From assembly GCA_050575255.1 (NCBI GenBank), contig JBNZDD010013683.1, positions 2,783,928-2,847,927 of the forward strand: 64,000 bases of DNA. The letters are read 5' to 3'. Origin of the DNA: Harriotta raleighana. Its lineage: Eukaryota. Shown here piece by piece: positions 52,391 through 62,247 of the stretch. The notes under the pieces were generated by a model that had not been told where the DNA came from, did no database searches, and was given only the letters and a program-made list of their open reading frames with translations. Both the position numbers and the translations under genes were made by a program. Every line of letters begins with the position of its first letter. The first letter of the stretch is position 1.

Positions 52391-53020
52391 AAATATTCAA
52401 ACATAAGGTATATATATATCACAATGGGGTAATATTCCCAATTTATTGATGTACATATTGATCTTTGGCATTGTGCGGTAACAATAGAATCCGGAAGTTG
52501 TTTGAATCTATTCTGGTATTTGATTGCCCCGGAAAGTGACAATTAGAGTCTGTTTTTAACAAATTAAACCATTTATTTTTCTCTCTCAAAGTTGCTCCAC
52601 CCCCCACATAAATGATGAAATAAGAGGAAAAACAAAGAAAGGAAAGTACTTTAAAGCTAGTTTTTGAAAAAAAAATGTAAATGACAGAAAACGCTGGATG
52701 AATGAGGACAAAAGTAGAATTAAAGTTAAATGTCTCCTTTGACTTCTCAGCTTCCAGTCAGCTCCTAGCTTGAAAATCTGCGTTAAATGTCATAGATTCT
52801 TCACCCTTACTGACTCACATCACACCTGTTTGTACTGTCTTCGATTATCCCATGGCCTTTTGAAGTGTGAAGCCTGCTTGAGACAAAGCATAAGGGCTTG
52901 TTCAATTGACTCATGTGCTGGAAGGTTCTCCTGACTACCAGGATGTCAAAACCTAATTTGCCCAAGTTGTAGGGAGACCTCACTTCACTGTGGAAGCATT
53001 GTTCCACTCCCAGGCTGATT

Positions 53021-53075
53021 TACAACAACAACAAAATTACATTTGTATAGTATCTTCACGTTTGTCCCAAGGGGC
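53021..53075 (-). mobile_element. L2 tail remnant
   Basis: acaacaacaacaaaattacatttgtatag...gtcccaaggggctgg. Confidence 0.75.
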
Positions 53076-53098
53076 TGGTCACACTTTTAGATAGAAAG

Positions 53099-53565
53099 GT
53101 TCCCAGGAACGTTCAATACATAGTTGCGCTAGTCAAGTCTTAATTCAGCCCAATTTACCAAAGCATTGCATCCTGAGTCGAGAAGGTTCAGAGATATCTG
53201 CAGTGTCAATCATAAGATCTGGATACGAAGTAGGTGTCACTCAAAGCAAACTGTACTGTTGTGACAAGTATGACACTTCGGTCACCTCATCACCTCCGTT
53301 AGCATATCCATCAAAACCCACCTGAAGCGTTTGCCTTGGAACCAGGAAACAATCCTGCCCACCAAGCCAACACCAGAACCTATAAGGGTAGGATGTATGT
53401 TACGGATCCTTGGGTTGGCAATTTCCCAAATGATTTCTTCAGCAGTGCCCTCAGCATATCTTAATACATGGCTGGTTTTCTTGAGAATCACAGTTGTCTC
53501 TCCTATTCTAGTGGCTGACCCACTCTGTCCTGTGAGGCACATTGAAGAGGTATTTCTGAGGACCC
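53099..53565 (+). pseudogene. fossil DIRS-type tyrosine recombinase fragment (frameshifted)
   Basis: motifs in order across frames: VPRNV...ALVKS*FSP, SRR/SEISAVS, VTSSPPLAYPSK, WNQETILP, LCPVR/LKRY/LRT. Confidence 0.55.
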
Positions 53566-53907
53566 TTTTTGCCTTTTGTCTTGTTAAAGTTTCATGTGTC
53601 ATAGCACATCATATGCTTAATCTCTTCAGCCACTGTTTCTTCCACAAAAAAGCAATATCACTGATTGCTGAACGCGTTAAAATTTTGGTGGGCAATGATG
53701 ATTTGCAAGCTTCAAATAGTTGTTGTTTCTTTTTCCAACAACAGTTTAGGTTAAGTTTTAATGAAAAAAGGCAGTAATAGAGACAATACAGGACAGAAAT
53801 TCTGGTCCTTATCCAATAATCTCTGGTGTAAGCATGTGATTGTCAGGTAGCAACAACATCGGGCTTGATTATGTCAACGTTCACAGTCAAAGCTTACGTA
53901 TAACAAA

Positions 53908-54012
53908 AATAATATTAATAATTCTAATCCTTGCATTTGATATAGCTCTTTTCACATCTTATCGTGTCTCAAAGAGCTTCACAGAATAAACTATGAAGTG
54001 AATTGACTGTAT
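53908..54012 (-). mobile_element. SINE A tail
   Basis: aatccttgcatttgatatagctcttttcac...gtgaattgactgtat. Confidence 0.85.
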
Positions 54013-54470
54013 GAATAATAGTCACTTGAGCAATACTAAATAATGCTGAAAAAGGATATATTCCGATTTTCCCCTGATTTAACCGCATATGACTAACACT
54101 TGTTTACTAATCTTTGATTTCTAGAAATACCCGTTCTAAATGTTTTTTTTTGTGCTGTCATCGGTCATGTGCAGTGCGTCCTATTCCCCATCCCTTTGGA
54201 ATGCTGACTTTTACCAGGGTTAACCTTGCTAAAGATCTGAGTAAGTGCTTTGATTCCATCAATCATTTCTCACCATTCTTATGTGAAAGTCACTGTTGAT
54301 TAATCATTTAGGTATGAATTGTTTTGCATTCATAATCTTCATAGAAGGGAAAATGGAATCACTGCCCCCACCCACCCCACCGCATAATTGTGGCTGCTTT
54401 TAATGAATGGCATACATTTGTCCTGACTTTACTGCTAATTGAGCTGTCTCTCATCTTGTTGCCTGAGTTA

Positions 54471-54489
54471 TACTGCCATCTAGTGACTA
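54471..54489 (-). promoter_or_regulatory. candidate CTCF binding site
   Basis: minus strand AGTCACTAGATGGCAGTA, one mismatch to the CCACTAGATGGCAG core. Confidence 0.45.
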
Positions 54490-54770
54490 AACATTACTGA
54501 ATTATTCTTGCTCTTGTAAATTGTAATGCTTACGCCAACAGTGGGAAGTATTGCAAACGCTTTCCTTGATCTCCATTTGCACTCCGTAGACTCCCAACAC
54601 TTGAGCAGAAATACCTGCGGTATCGAAAAAATGCGTTGAGAATTTTTGAATGTGAATATTTCAAATATTGAAAGCAAAATCGCACACTTTGAACCCAGCC
54701 ACTTCTGTTTGACACCAACGATCTGTTGTCTTCAACTCCTTTTTGTTACTTTTTGCTCATCCCACTGCTA

Positions 54771-54885
54771 ATTCGCCCACATAAAGTAGTCAATTCACTT
54801 TCCAGTATCTTCTGTGAAGCGCTTTGAGATGACTCGAAGATTTGACAAAGCGCCATGTCAAATGCAAGGATTATTATTATTATTA
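54771..54885 (+). mobile_element. SINE A tail
   Basis: ctgtgaagcgctttgagatg...aaatgcaaggattattattatt. Confidence 0.85.
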
Positions 54886-55190
54886 CTTTTCTGATCATCC
54901 TGATTGTGCCAGCGAAATGCTTGATGTTCTGTTCATAGGGGAGGTTTTAATCATAAGTCTTTCCCGTCCTTTAGTCTAGCTTTCAATCTTTGCTTGTGAT
55001 CACAATATCTCCATGTCTACTACTGAGCTTGTAAACCTAACTATTGTACAACGATAAGAAGCATCGGAATGCTCTTAACCAAAATAACACAGTACTGTAT
55101 CAATCTCTCTCTCTCACGCACACAGACACACCAAGCTTGGCCAGTCTGTAATGAGATGATGGTGTTGAGCTATACAATAACAGTACATGA

Positions 55191-55575
55191 TGTCAGCCCA
55201 GCTCAGTTGGTAGCACTCTTGGCTCTGAGTCAGGTTGTTCTGCGTACAAGTCCCACGTCAAGACTTTGAGCTCATAGTCTGAGCTCATGACTGACGCAGT
55301 GTTGGGGATGAGGTGCATGGTTGGAGGTGCCATTCTTCGCATGAGACATTAAATGCTCATCCCATCTACCTGTTCAGGTAGATGTTCAAGTTCCGATGAC
55401 ACTGTTTGAAAAAGGATAGGAGCTTCTCCCTGTGTCCGTGCCAACAATCCTCCAGATACAATTGATTACTCAGTTCATAGCAAATTGGCTCCAGTGTGCA
55501 ACTACAAACTGAAAAGTCTGGAAATGCTGCAAAGAGCTCTGAGTCATTTTGATGACGTGCTAAGGAACTAGAAGT
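55191..55575 (+). mobile_element. full-length Deu-domain SINE (SacSINE1/AmnSINE-related, tRNA head)
   Basis: head gtcagcccagctcagttggtagcactcttggctctgagtcag; Deu core ggaggtgccattcttcgcatgagacattaaa...ctgttcaggtagatgtt...gagcttctccctgtgtcc; decayed tail. Confidence 0.8.
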
Positions 55576-55904
55576 TAGAATAGAAGTTATTTATTCATTA
55601 ATCTCTACGTTTATCGCTTTGTTGCAGTTTATTGCTGACTTATGAATTATTTGCTGATTGCCAAAAGCAGTTTGCACATGATTCTACTCACTCATTCACT
55701 TACTTATTTGTCTCCTGTGTAAGCCTTTGTCACAGATAAACAGAAAACTCTTACAATCTAATGCTACCTAGGGCCAAAACTAGTATTGCACGATTCATAA
55801 GTATTGCACCACAGGTACTTATTACAAAGCAGAAATGAAGCTTGGGAAACTGGAGGGGATTTGAGATGTCACATTAACAAAATGAGCAGAAATAACCTTT
55901 GAAG

Positions 55905-56045
55905 CCCCAGTACTGATGAAAGGTTGTGGACCTGAAACGTTGACTCACTTTCCTTTCTCCAGAAATGCTGCCTGACCTGCTGAGTGTTCCCAATGATTTC
56001 TGGTTTTGTTTTAGACTTCCAGCATCTGCAGTATTTTGCGTTTTG
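55905..56045 (+). mobile_element. Penelope-derived short element with a minimal hammerhead ribozyme motif
   Basis: CTGATGA-a-AGGT-tgtgg-ACCT-GAAAC-GTT then tctccagaaatgctgcctgacctgctgagtg...ttccagcatctgcagtattttgc. Confidence 0.75.
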
Positions 56046-56214
56046 TTCAATCTTTGAGTGAGCCTCTTCCTCGTCCAACTTCCAGAAGTATCTAAGAGTC
56101 ATTTGGTTGCATTATCAAAGTCGACAATAACAAGTTTGAAGATGATGTAAGGGCAAAATTAACTATTTTTCTTTGCCTCTGCATCAAACACATATTATAG
56201 ACGATCAAATCTTG

Positions 56215-56342
56215 ATTCTCATTTCCTGAAGACACTTTGCCTTGCGAACTATCCTTATCCCTGGCTCCGGCACTATCAAGCAGTCAGAGATACTGCCTTG
56301 CTTGATTATAAATTGCAATATAAATGTAAGTTGTTGTTGTTA
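56215..56342 (+). mobile_element. degraded L2 3' end
   Basis: ctgaagacactttgcc...atataaatgtaagttgttgttgtt. Confidence 0.5.
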
Positions 56343-56835
56343 TTTTTGCCTCAAGATTGAATGTCCGGGTGTTTTAAGCATAAAATCTCAGATGATAGCA
56401 ACTAAATTCAGATCCAAGCTATCAAGCTCAAACCAAAGTCAGTGTGAATGTAGACACCCCATTGTCTAGAGATAAGAAACTCCTTTTTCAATTTAAAGAA
56501 GAGATTTACCTTCAAACCATACCCCTCAATGCTTCCATCCATTCACATAGTTCAACAAAATGTAATCTATTCCTTAGTGCTTCCACCTGAGGGAATCTAT
56601 TTCAACCGAAATATGATTGCTTCGGAGACAGTGATGTAGTATTTAATTTTTCCATCTACTTTTAATTAATAATGAATTGTTCTCATTCGAGGTCCTCACA
56701 CTCAAATTGACCTCTCTCTTGTCATGGCTGGCAAGAGATTTAGAGAGGATTCCAATTAAAATCTCAGCTTCTTGTAGATTCTGAAGCATCAAAGAATAAA
56801 CTAGCCCTTAAAGAATTTAATGATCATTTTTGTTA

Positions 56836-57122
56836 TAATAATCCTTGCATTTGATGTGGTGTGTTTCACGTCAGGATGATGTCTAAAAATACTTAATGAG
56901 ATTTTACTGAAAAGTGTAAAACAGTATGTTTTGTAGGCAAAGATAGCAGCCAATTCTGGATAAGGCGAGCCCTATAAAAAACGATTAGATGAATGACCAA
57001 TTTTTTTTCTGAGGAATGAAGGGTAAGGAATTCTCTTTCCTTTTTCGAATAGTGGTGATCTCGAACATCCAGCTGAACATGAAGACATGGCCTTGGATTA
57101 ATGTCTCATCCAAAGGACAGCA
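56836..57122 (-). mobile_element. DeuSINE 3' two-thirds
   Basis: antisense tail plus antisense Deu core (ttaatgtctcatccaaaggacagca). Confidence 0.75.
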
Positions 57123-57124
57123 GG

Positions 57125-57620
57125 ACAACAACAATAACTTGCATGTATATCAAGTTAGGATAGGGTAGCATCCCAGAGTGATTGGAGTATGACCTGAGCT
57201 GGGGGTAGATGACTGTAGGCACGGTCAAAGTGGAAGGTGTTCAGGAGCGATCTGAAGATGGGGGAAGGAATGGACAAATAGGAGAGGTAGAGGAAGAGTG
57301 GTTTCAGAGTCTCGAGGTGAAAGTGTGAACACCGATGGAGGAATAAAGGACATGCAAGAGACCAGAGNGGTGTTCAGGAGCGATCTGAAGATGGGGGAAG
57401 GAATGGACAAATAGGAGAGGTAGAGGAAGAGTGGTTTCAGAGTCTCGAGGTGTAATCACTGAAAGTGTGAACACCGATGGAGGAATAAAGGACATGCAAG
57501 AGACCAGAGCGAGCAGAGGCAGTGGGTAGTCCTTGAGGGAGTAAGCAGGTTGGAGAGGCAATGAGGTTCCAGGGAACGAAGGGGTTTGAACACAAGTGTT
57601 AGAATTGTGAGAATGTTTTA
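57125..57620 (-). mobile_element. L2 3' fragment containing an assembly-duplicated segment of about 132 bp
   Basis: acaacaataacttgcatgtata tail, G-rich antisense L2 body; 57236-57367 repeated at 57369-57509 across an n. Confidence 0.8.
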
Positions 57621-57694
57621 TTGGATTGTACAAGCAAGTCTGAAGCAAGTCTAGTTGTACAGCACAAGCAAGTCTGAATATTCTTATAAGATCA

Positions 57695-57765
57695 ACAACA
57701 TAACAAGAACAAAACTACATTTGTAGAGTGCCTTTCACATCAGGAGGATATCCCAAGATGCTGAT
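57695..57765 (-). mobile_element. L2 3' terminal fragment
   Basis: ctacatttgtagagtgcctttcacatcaggaggatatcccaagatgctg. Confidence 0.85.
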
Positions 57766-58336
57766 CAGGTCCCAAGAACAGGCTCCCGTGCAAGTATTAA
57801 TTTACTTTGCTACTTTGGTTTTCTGTAAGGATTAGTGGAATTTCTGTCGATTTCAAAAGTATTCCTGAGGGTAATCTTTTCACAATGCTCACCTGATTAA
57901 CACAAATGTTTTCATGGCTTGAGATGGCGAATCCTTAAGTGGGAAGTGAAGGAAATGGTTTATTGGATTCCTGCAATCTGTGAACCTCATCAAAACATTT
58001 TGACCGATAGCGGTAACTCATCAGAAACCGCTCACTTTCAGCCACACGGCTTTCAGCCTACGCTTCTGGGTCTAGTAATTGAGAAATTGTATGAACACTC
58101 TAGTGTATGTTGCTGGTTTTGCTTCTCTTGCGTGAGCCTATTCCATCAGCATGCTCCATTCCCCATAGCTGATAACCTGTTGCGATAACTGATTGATAAT
58201 AAACAATCCTAAAACAATTGGATCGCCAGGGAACTGAAAGTGAGTTTTATCAGGCCAACCTGCTAATGCGTTCTATTATACACAGGAGGCTGTCTATCAA
58301 TAAAAAGTAATTGAAAGATCTGGGATTGTGCTGTCC

Positions 58337-58402
58337 CAGTGCCTTGGGACGTCCTGCTTACGTGAAAGGCGCTATACACGTGTAATTTTGTTGTTGTTGT
58401 TT
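58337..58402 (+). mobile_element. L2 3' terminal fragment
   Basis: cagtgccttgggacgtcctgcttacgtgaaaggcgctatacacgtgtaattttgttgttgttgtt. Confidence 0.88.
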
Positions 58403-58499
58403 GGGGCACTTTGTTAGCTTCGTAATCACAAAAACCTTTCAGTTGTCTATGAGCTTCCACCTATCTCACACAACTGGACAAGTTGGCATTATAATATTA

Positions 58500-58603
58500 T
58501 GATCTTGCAAGGCTGCCATGTTTGTCGACAAGCAAACAGTCACTACACTAGACACATTACTGTGAAGAGCTTTGAGATGTTTCGACCTTAAATGCAAGGA
58601 TTA
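58500..58603 (+). mobile_element. degraded DeuSINE tail
   Basis: ggctgccatgtttg...acagtcactacac...ctgtgaagagctttgagatg...aaatgcaaggatta. Confidence 0.65.
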
Positions 58604-59080
58604 CACAATCCATAAAGCAGTCAACTCGAATTATTACTTATTACAGATATATGATGTAGATTGAGAGCCCTCGTGCATGTTTTCTGGGAATCCATTACTA
58701 GGAAAAAAGACATGTTGAGATCTTTTAAAAATTTATTTATAGATACATATTAATGCAATATCTGTGCTAGTTGACTTTTCTCTTTGCTTTTTATGGACTT
58801 GATGGCAATAAATCCCTGTGCTTGACTAGCTTGTTATTTGGTGGAGAAATAAGCCTGCAGAGTTGAATCAGCTTGACTTTCACTCACTAAACGAGATAAG
58901 ACAATAAATAATTGATCTTGCCATTACAGAAATGTTCTCATTTAGACTACGTGGGAAACAAGAGGGTGGTCTGAGATGCTGGTCTGTTTTGATAGGCAGA
59001 CTGCTCCGTCTGGTTAAACAGAGTATTGCTACTTTGGCTTAAAGAAAGATTTGTATACACTATTACAGTATCTCATTTAG

Positions 59081-59496
59081 CTGTCAGTAGAAGTTCTACT
59101 AAGTTGGTAGAAGTTCTTGCTCCCGAGTCGGAATATTTGTGGCTTCAAGTGCCATCTTGGGGCTTTGAGTTTGAGACCATGGTCTAGGCTAACACACCAA
59201 TACTGTGCTGGGGGGACACTGCATTGAAACCCTCAATCATGCCTTCATTACATCCTGGCTCAACTGTGCAAATGCTTTGCTGGTCTGCCTCCCCAATTCC
59301 TCCCTACACAGGCTGCAGTTAATCCAAAACTCTGCAGCCAGTGTTGTTGTTGATGGAGATAAAATTGGTCATTAACTTCATAGCAGGGACACTGCTTGTG
59401 CACTTGGCTGTCACATTTGCCTACAAATACACTTTCTAGGGCTTTGAGACATTTCAATGACGAGGCACAATATTAAGTGAAAGGAAGTTTATTATT
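59081..59496 (+). mobile_element. DeuSINE head, L2 ORF2 segment and SINE tail (chimera or nested)
   Basis: head aagttggtagaagttcttgctcccgagtcgg; 59226-59339 encodes ETLNHAFITSWLNCANALLVCLPNSSLHRLQLIQNSAA; SINE tail from about 59360. Confidence 0.75.
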
Positions 59497-60194
59497 AACT
59501 TGAACAAGTGTGGTGATAATATTTGATGCAGTGTTAACATGAGTACTTATGCTCATAGCGGTGGAGTATGAATTATTCTTCATACTTTCAGTGCTTTTGT
59601 TAACAGATTGACGAGTAACACTTTTAACGAAAGGGGCTTACTTTAAAGTTTCTGAACACGTTCAAGTTTTCAGCACCAGAGTACGATTTGCTGTTGTTTG
59701 CAAATGTCACCTGGGAAATGCTCAGTTCTTTATTTACTATTGGAGTGCATTAGAGCGGGCTGAATTCCTTCGTACCACCAGCACAAGAGCATTGAACAGT
59801 TTATCGCTAAATTAAAGGGGCCAAGAGTAGGCACCACTCTCACACGCAAACTCCCTGAAAGCTTTTGACTCACATAATCATTATGGTTTACTGACTTCAT
59901 GGGAAAGAACAGAGAGTAATTATTTTAAGATTCTATCCAGAATACTGAGCATCTGGAATAAGTTTTTGACAACATAAATGCTAGACTTTGACATTAGGAG
60001 TATAAATGGTGAAAGCTGGAACTGGAGGTATTACTGCTTTTCTGATCCGATATGTCTTTTTATCGCAACGCAGTGAGGTTCACAATTGAGAATTGTCTTG
60101 TTTCCAGTTGAGAGTTACAGAGCTTTCCAATCTTTTTACACTGAAATCTTGCCACAGTTTAGGCTGCACTCATCTTACTGCAAAGTACTGGACT

Positions 60195-60510
60195 TAGTAC
60201 AAACATGGATGCATGAGAAAGGTGGTGAGAAGCACAGTCAAAGAGATAGGTGTTAAGTCGAGTTCTAAATGCAGTAGTCAGGAATGGGGTGTTCCAGAGA
60301 GCGAGGAAAAAAAGTGTATAAAGGCGGTGGGGAGGTGGAGCTGGTGGGGGATGTAGCAAGTGAGTTTGGAAGAGTGGAGGGAGAGCTTGTAGAGGTCAGT
60401 TGAGTTGCAGGAAGCTGCATAGGCAGGGTGGGGCTTAACCACAGAGGAATTTGAAAGTGCGGACAAAAATATAAAGTTCTACCCACTGGGGGATGGGGAG
60501 CTAGTGTAGA
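60195..60510 (-). mobile_element. old L2 ORF2 C-terminal fragment
   Basis: minus-strand ORF reads LWN...TAFRTRLNTYLFD, the L2 C-terminal motif. Confidence 0.7.
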
Positions 60511-60961
60511 ATTACATGCTCTTGGCCTTTTATTTTCGATAATAGATCAGGTTTGTTTGCTTTGCAATTGGGAGCAACCTGTTTGAAATTGACATTGACA
60601 TTTGTATTTTTCTGCTGCCAATATTTTCCTCTTACTCTTGTCAGGATGGAAGCTGAGGATTGTCCAAAGCTATTGTTTCACATGTCAGACAGGAGGATAA
60701 TTTTTGTCAGCAGAACTCGAGAACCCGATACAAGGACTAATGACATCAGCTAGGAGGAAAAGTGCTGTCGAAATGCTTTGTTTAAATATGCTTATTGTGA
60801 AGCAATTTCAAATACAGTTTACCTTTGCACATTCACATGGTCTCATTAGCAAGCTACATTTGAAATGCTGTTTATGTTTCACTTGGTGGTGTTAGGGATT
60901 TTAACAACATTAGTCAATTATCATGCCAAAAGGTCATTGCACATAATGATCCAATTTGGCA

Positions 60962-61067
60962 ATAGCCATAGAGTTGTAATGATACAGGTTAGGGTTGAGG
61001 TTAGTCTTTCCGCTGTTGCAGCTCACAGTACGCCCCAGCTCAAACCTTCCTACAACTCAATGTTTAT
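60962..61067. repeat. palindromic element with imperfect 17-bp terminal inverted repeats
   Basis: atagccatagagttgta / tacaactcaatgtttat (14 of 17) and inner aggttagggttgagg / ccccagctcaaacct. Confidence 0.65.
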
Positions 61068-61402
61068 CACAATTATTCTATCTGAAATAGCCTAAGGTCA
61101 AAAGTAAATCTGGTTTCTGGGACAGTGACAGTGGAATGAGTGTTGAGTTCCATGAAAATGAACACTTATTACCTTCCTTAGAATTCTCTCTCTTTTTACC
61201 TTGGAAAATAAACTATAAATGTTACCTTTTAATTATAGAGCTTCAGCAAATACAGTCATTCTGAAAGGTCCAGCGAGCTGTCTGAGAGACAGGCTAGTCT
61301 ATAGGAAAGAAAACTTGTGTGTGGGTAGATTGACTTTAAAGTGATTGAAATGCTTATTCTATATTTGCTGAGCTGGTTGCGAAATTCAGGTTGAAGTCAA
61401 CC

Positions 61403-61889
61403 AACAAATGAGCTCTTTATAAACATATTGTTGCATACTAGGAATCTACCTCGTAGACAGATGTTGCAATGCTACTTTTATTTGTGTACTTTTTCAATCC
61501 AAATTTTAAGACATGCAACTAAAATACAGAGGAAGTTAAATGAAGAAAATATATATTTAAGAANTAATAATAGACTAATAATAATATAATAATAGACTAA
61601 TAATACTAATAATTAATAATAGACTGAATACAGNAACAAATGAGCTCTTTATAAACATATTGTTGCATACTAGGAATCTACCTCGTAGACAGATGTTGCA
61701 ATGCTACTTTTATTTGTGTACTTTTTCAATCCAAATTTTAAGACATGCAACTAAAATACAGAGGAAGTTAAATGAAGAAAATATATATTTAAGAAGGTAC
61801 GGAGAAAGGAGTGAAATGGGCAGATTTTTTTTTTTNAAGAAAATATATATTTAAGAAGGTACGGAGAAAGGAGTGAAATGGGCAGATTT
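61403..61889. other. assembly-overlap duplications around n bases
   Basis: 61403-61563 identical to 61635-61795; about 61775-61829 repeated at 61837-61889; n at 61564, 61634 and 61836. Confidence 0.85.
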
Positions 61890-61961
61890 AAAAAAAATTT
61901 ACTACAAGTAGTTATCCCAAGGTAATAAAGTAATAAAAGGTTAGAGAATTATTCTGCTCGN

Positions 61962-62052
61962 TGGTTTATCAAATCGGGACTTTTTTTTTGAGGTTCCGGT
62001 TCAAGTCGGTACGATTTTTCATCGCGTCACAGATAAACGGGGTTTTACTGTA
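61962..62052. mobile_element. one end of a Tc1/mariner-pogo (Tigger-like) MITE
   Basis: ends gataaacggggttttactg followed by TA (reverse complement TA-CAGTAAAACCCCG); CpG-rich; other end lost at n 61961. Confidence 0.55.
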
Positions 62053-62247
62053 CTACCATGGGATCTCTAGCATCAAGCAGAAAATGCAGGTGAGACCTCG
62101 TTTTAACGCATCACCCAAAATATGTCACCTCTAACAACATAGAATACGTCCAGCTTAGACAATGTGAGTTCTACGTCCAAAAGTAGGGACGAACCTACAA
62201 CCTTCTGACGAGGAGGAGAGAATGCCATCAACTGAGCCAGGGAGACA
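62051..62247 (-). mobile_element. DeuSINE 5' half
   Basis: reverse complement starts ctgtctccctggctcagttgatggcattctc...tcagaaggttgtaggttcg; Deu core ttaaaacgaggtctc...gatcccatgg. Confidence 0.75.

Noticed and set aside
53282-53602. 106-aa minus-strand ORF as an endogenous viral protein
   Set aside because: No family recognised; the opposite strand carries ordered DIRS YR motifs that explain the region better.
57236-57509. Tandem duplication of 132 and 141 bp
   Set aside because: The copies are separated by a single n (57368) and differ only by a 9-bp indel, typical of two alleles or contig ends placed in tandem.
406-58402. Recurring 60-bp repeats as a CRISPR-like or novel array
   Set aside because: They are dispersed, in both orientations and end in microsatellite tails, so they are SINE/L2 3' ends; the DNA is eukaryotic.
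61403-61889. Exact 161-bp and about 53-bp direct repeats with a low-complexity spacer
   Set aside because: The copies abut n bases (61564, 61634, 61836); assembly overlap artefact, not LTRs or a repeat array.
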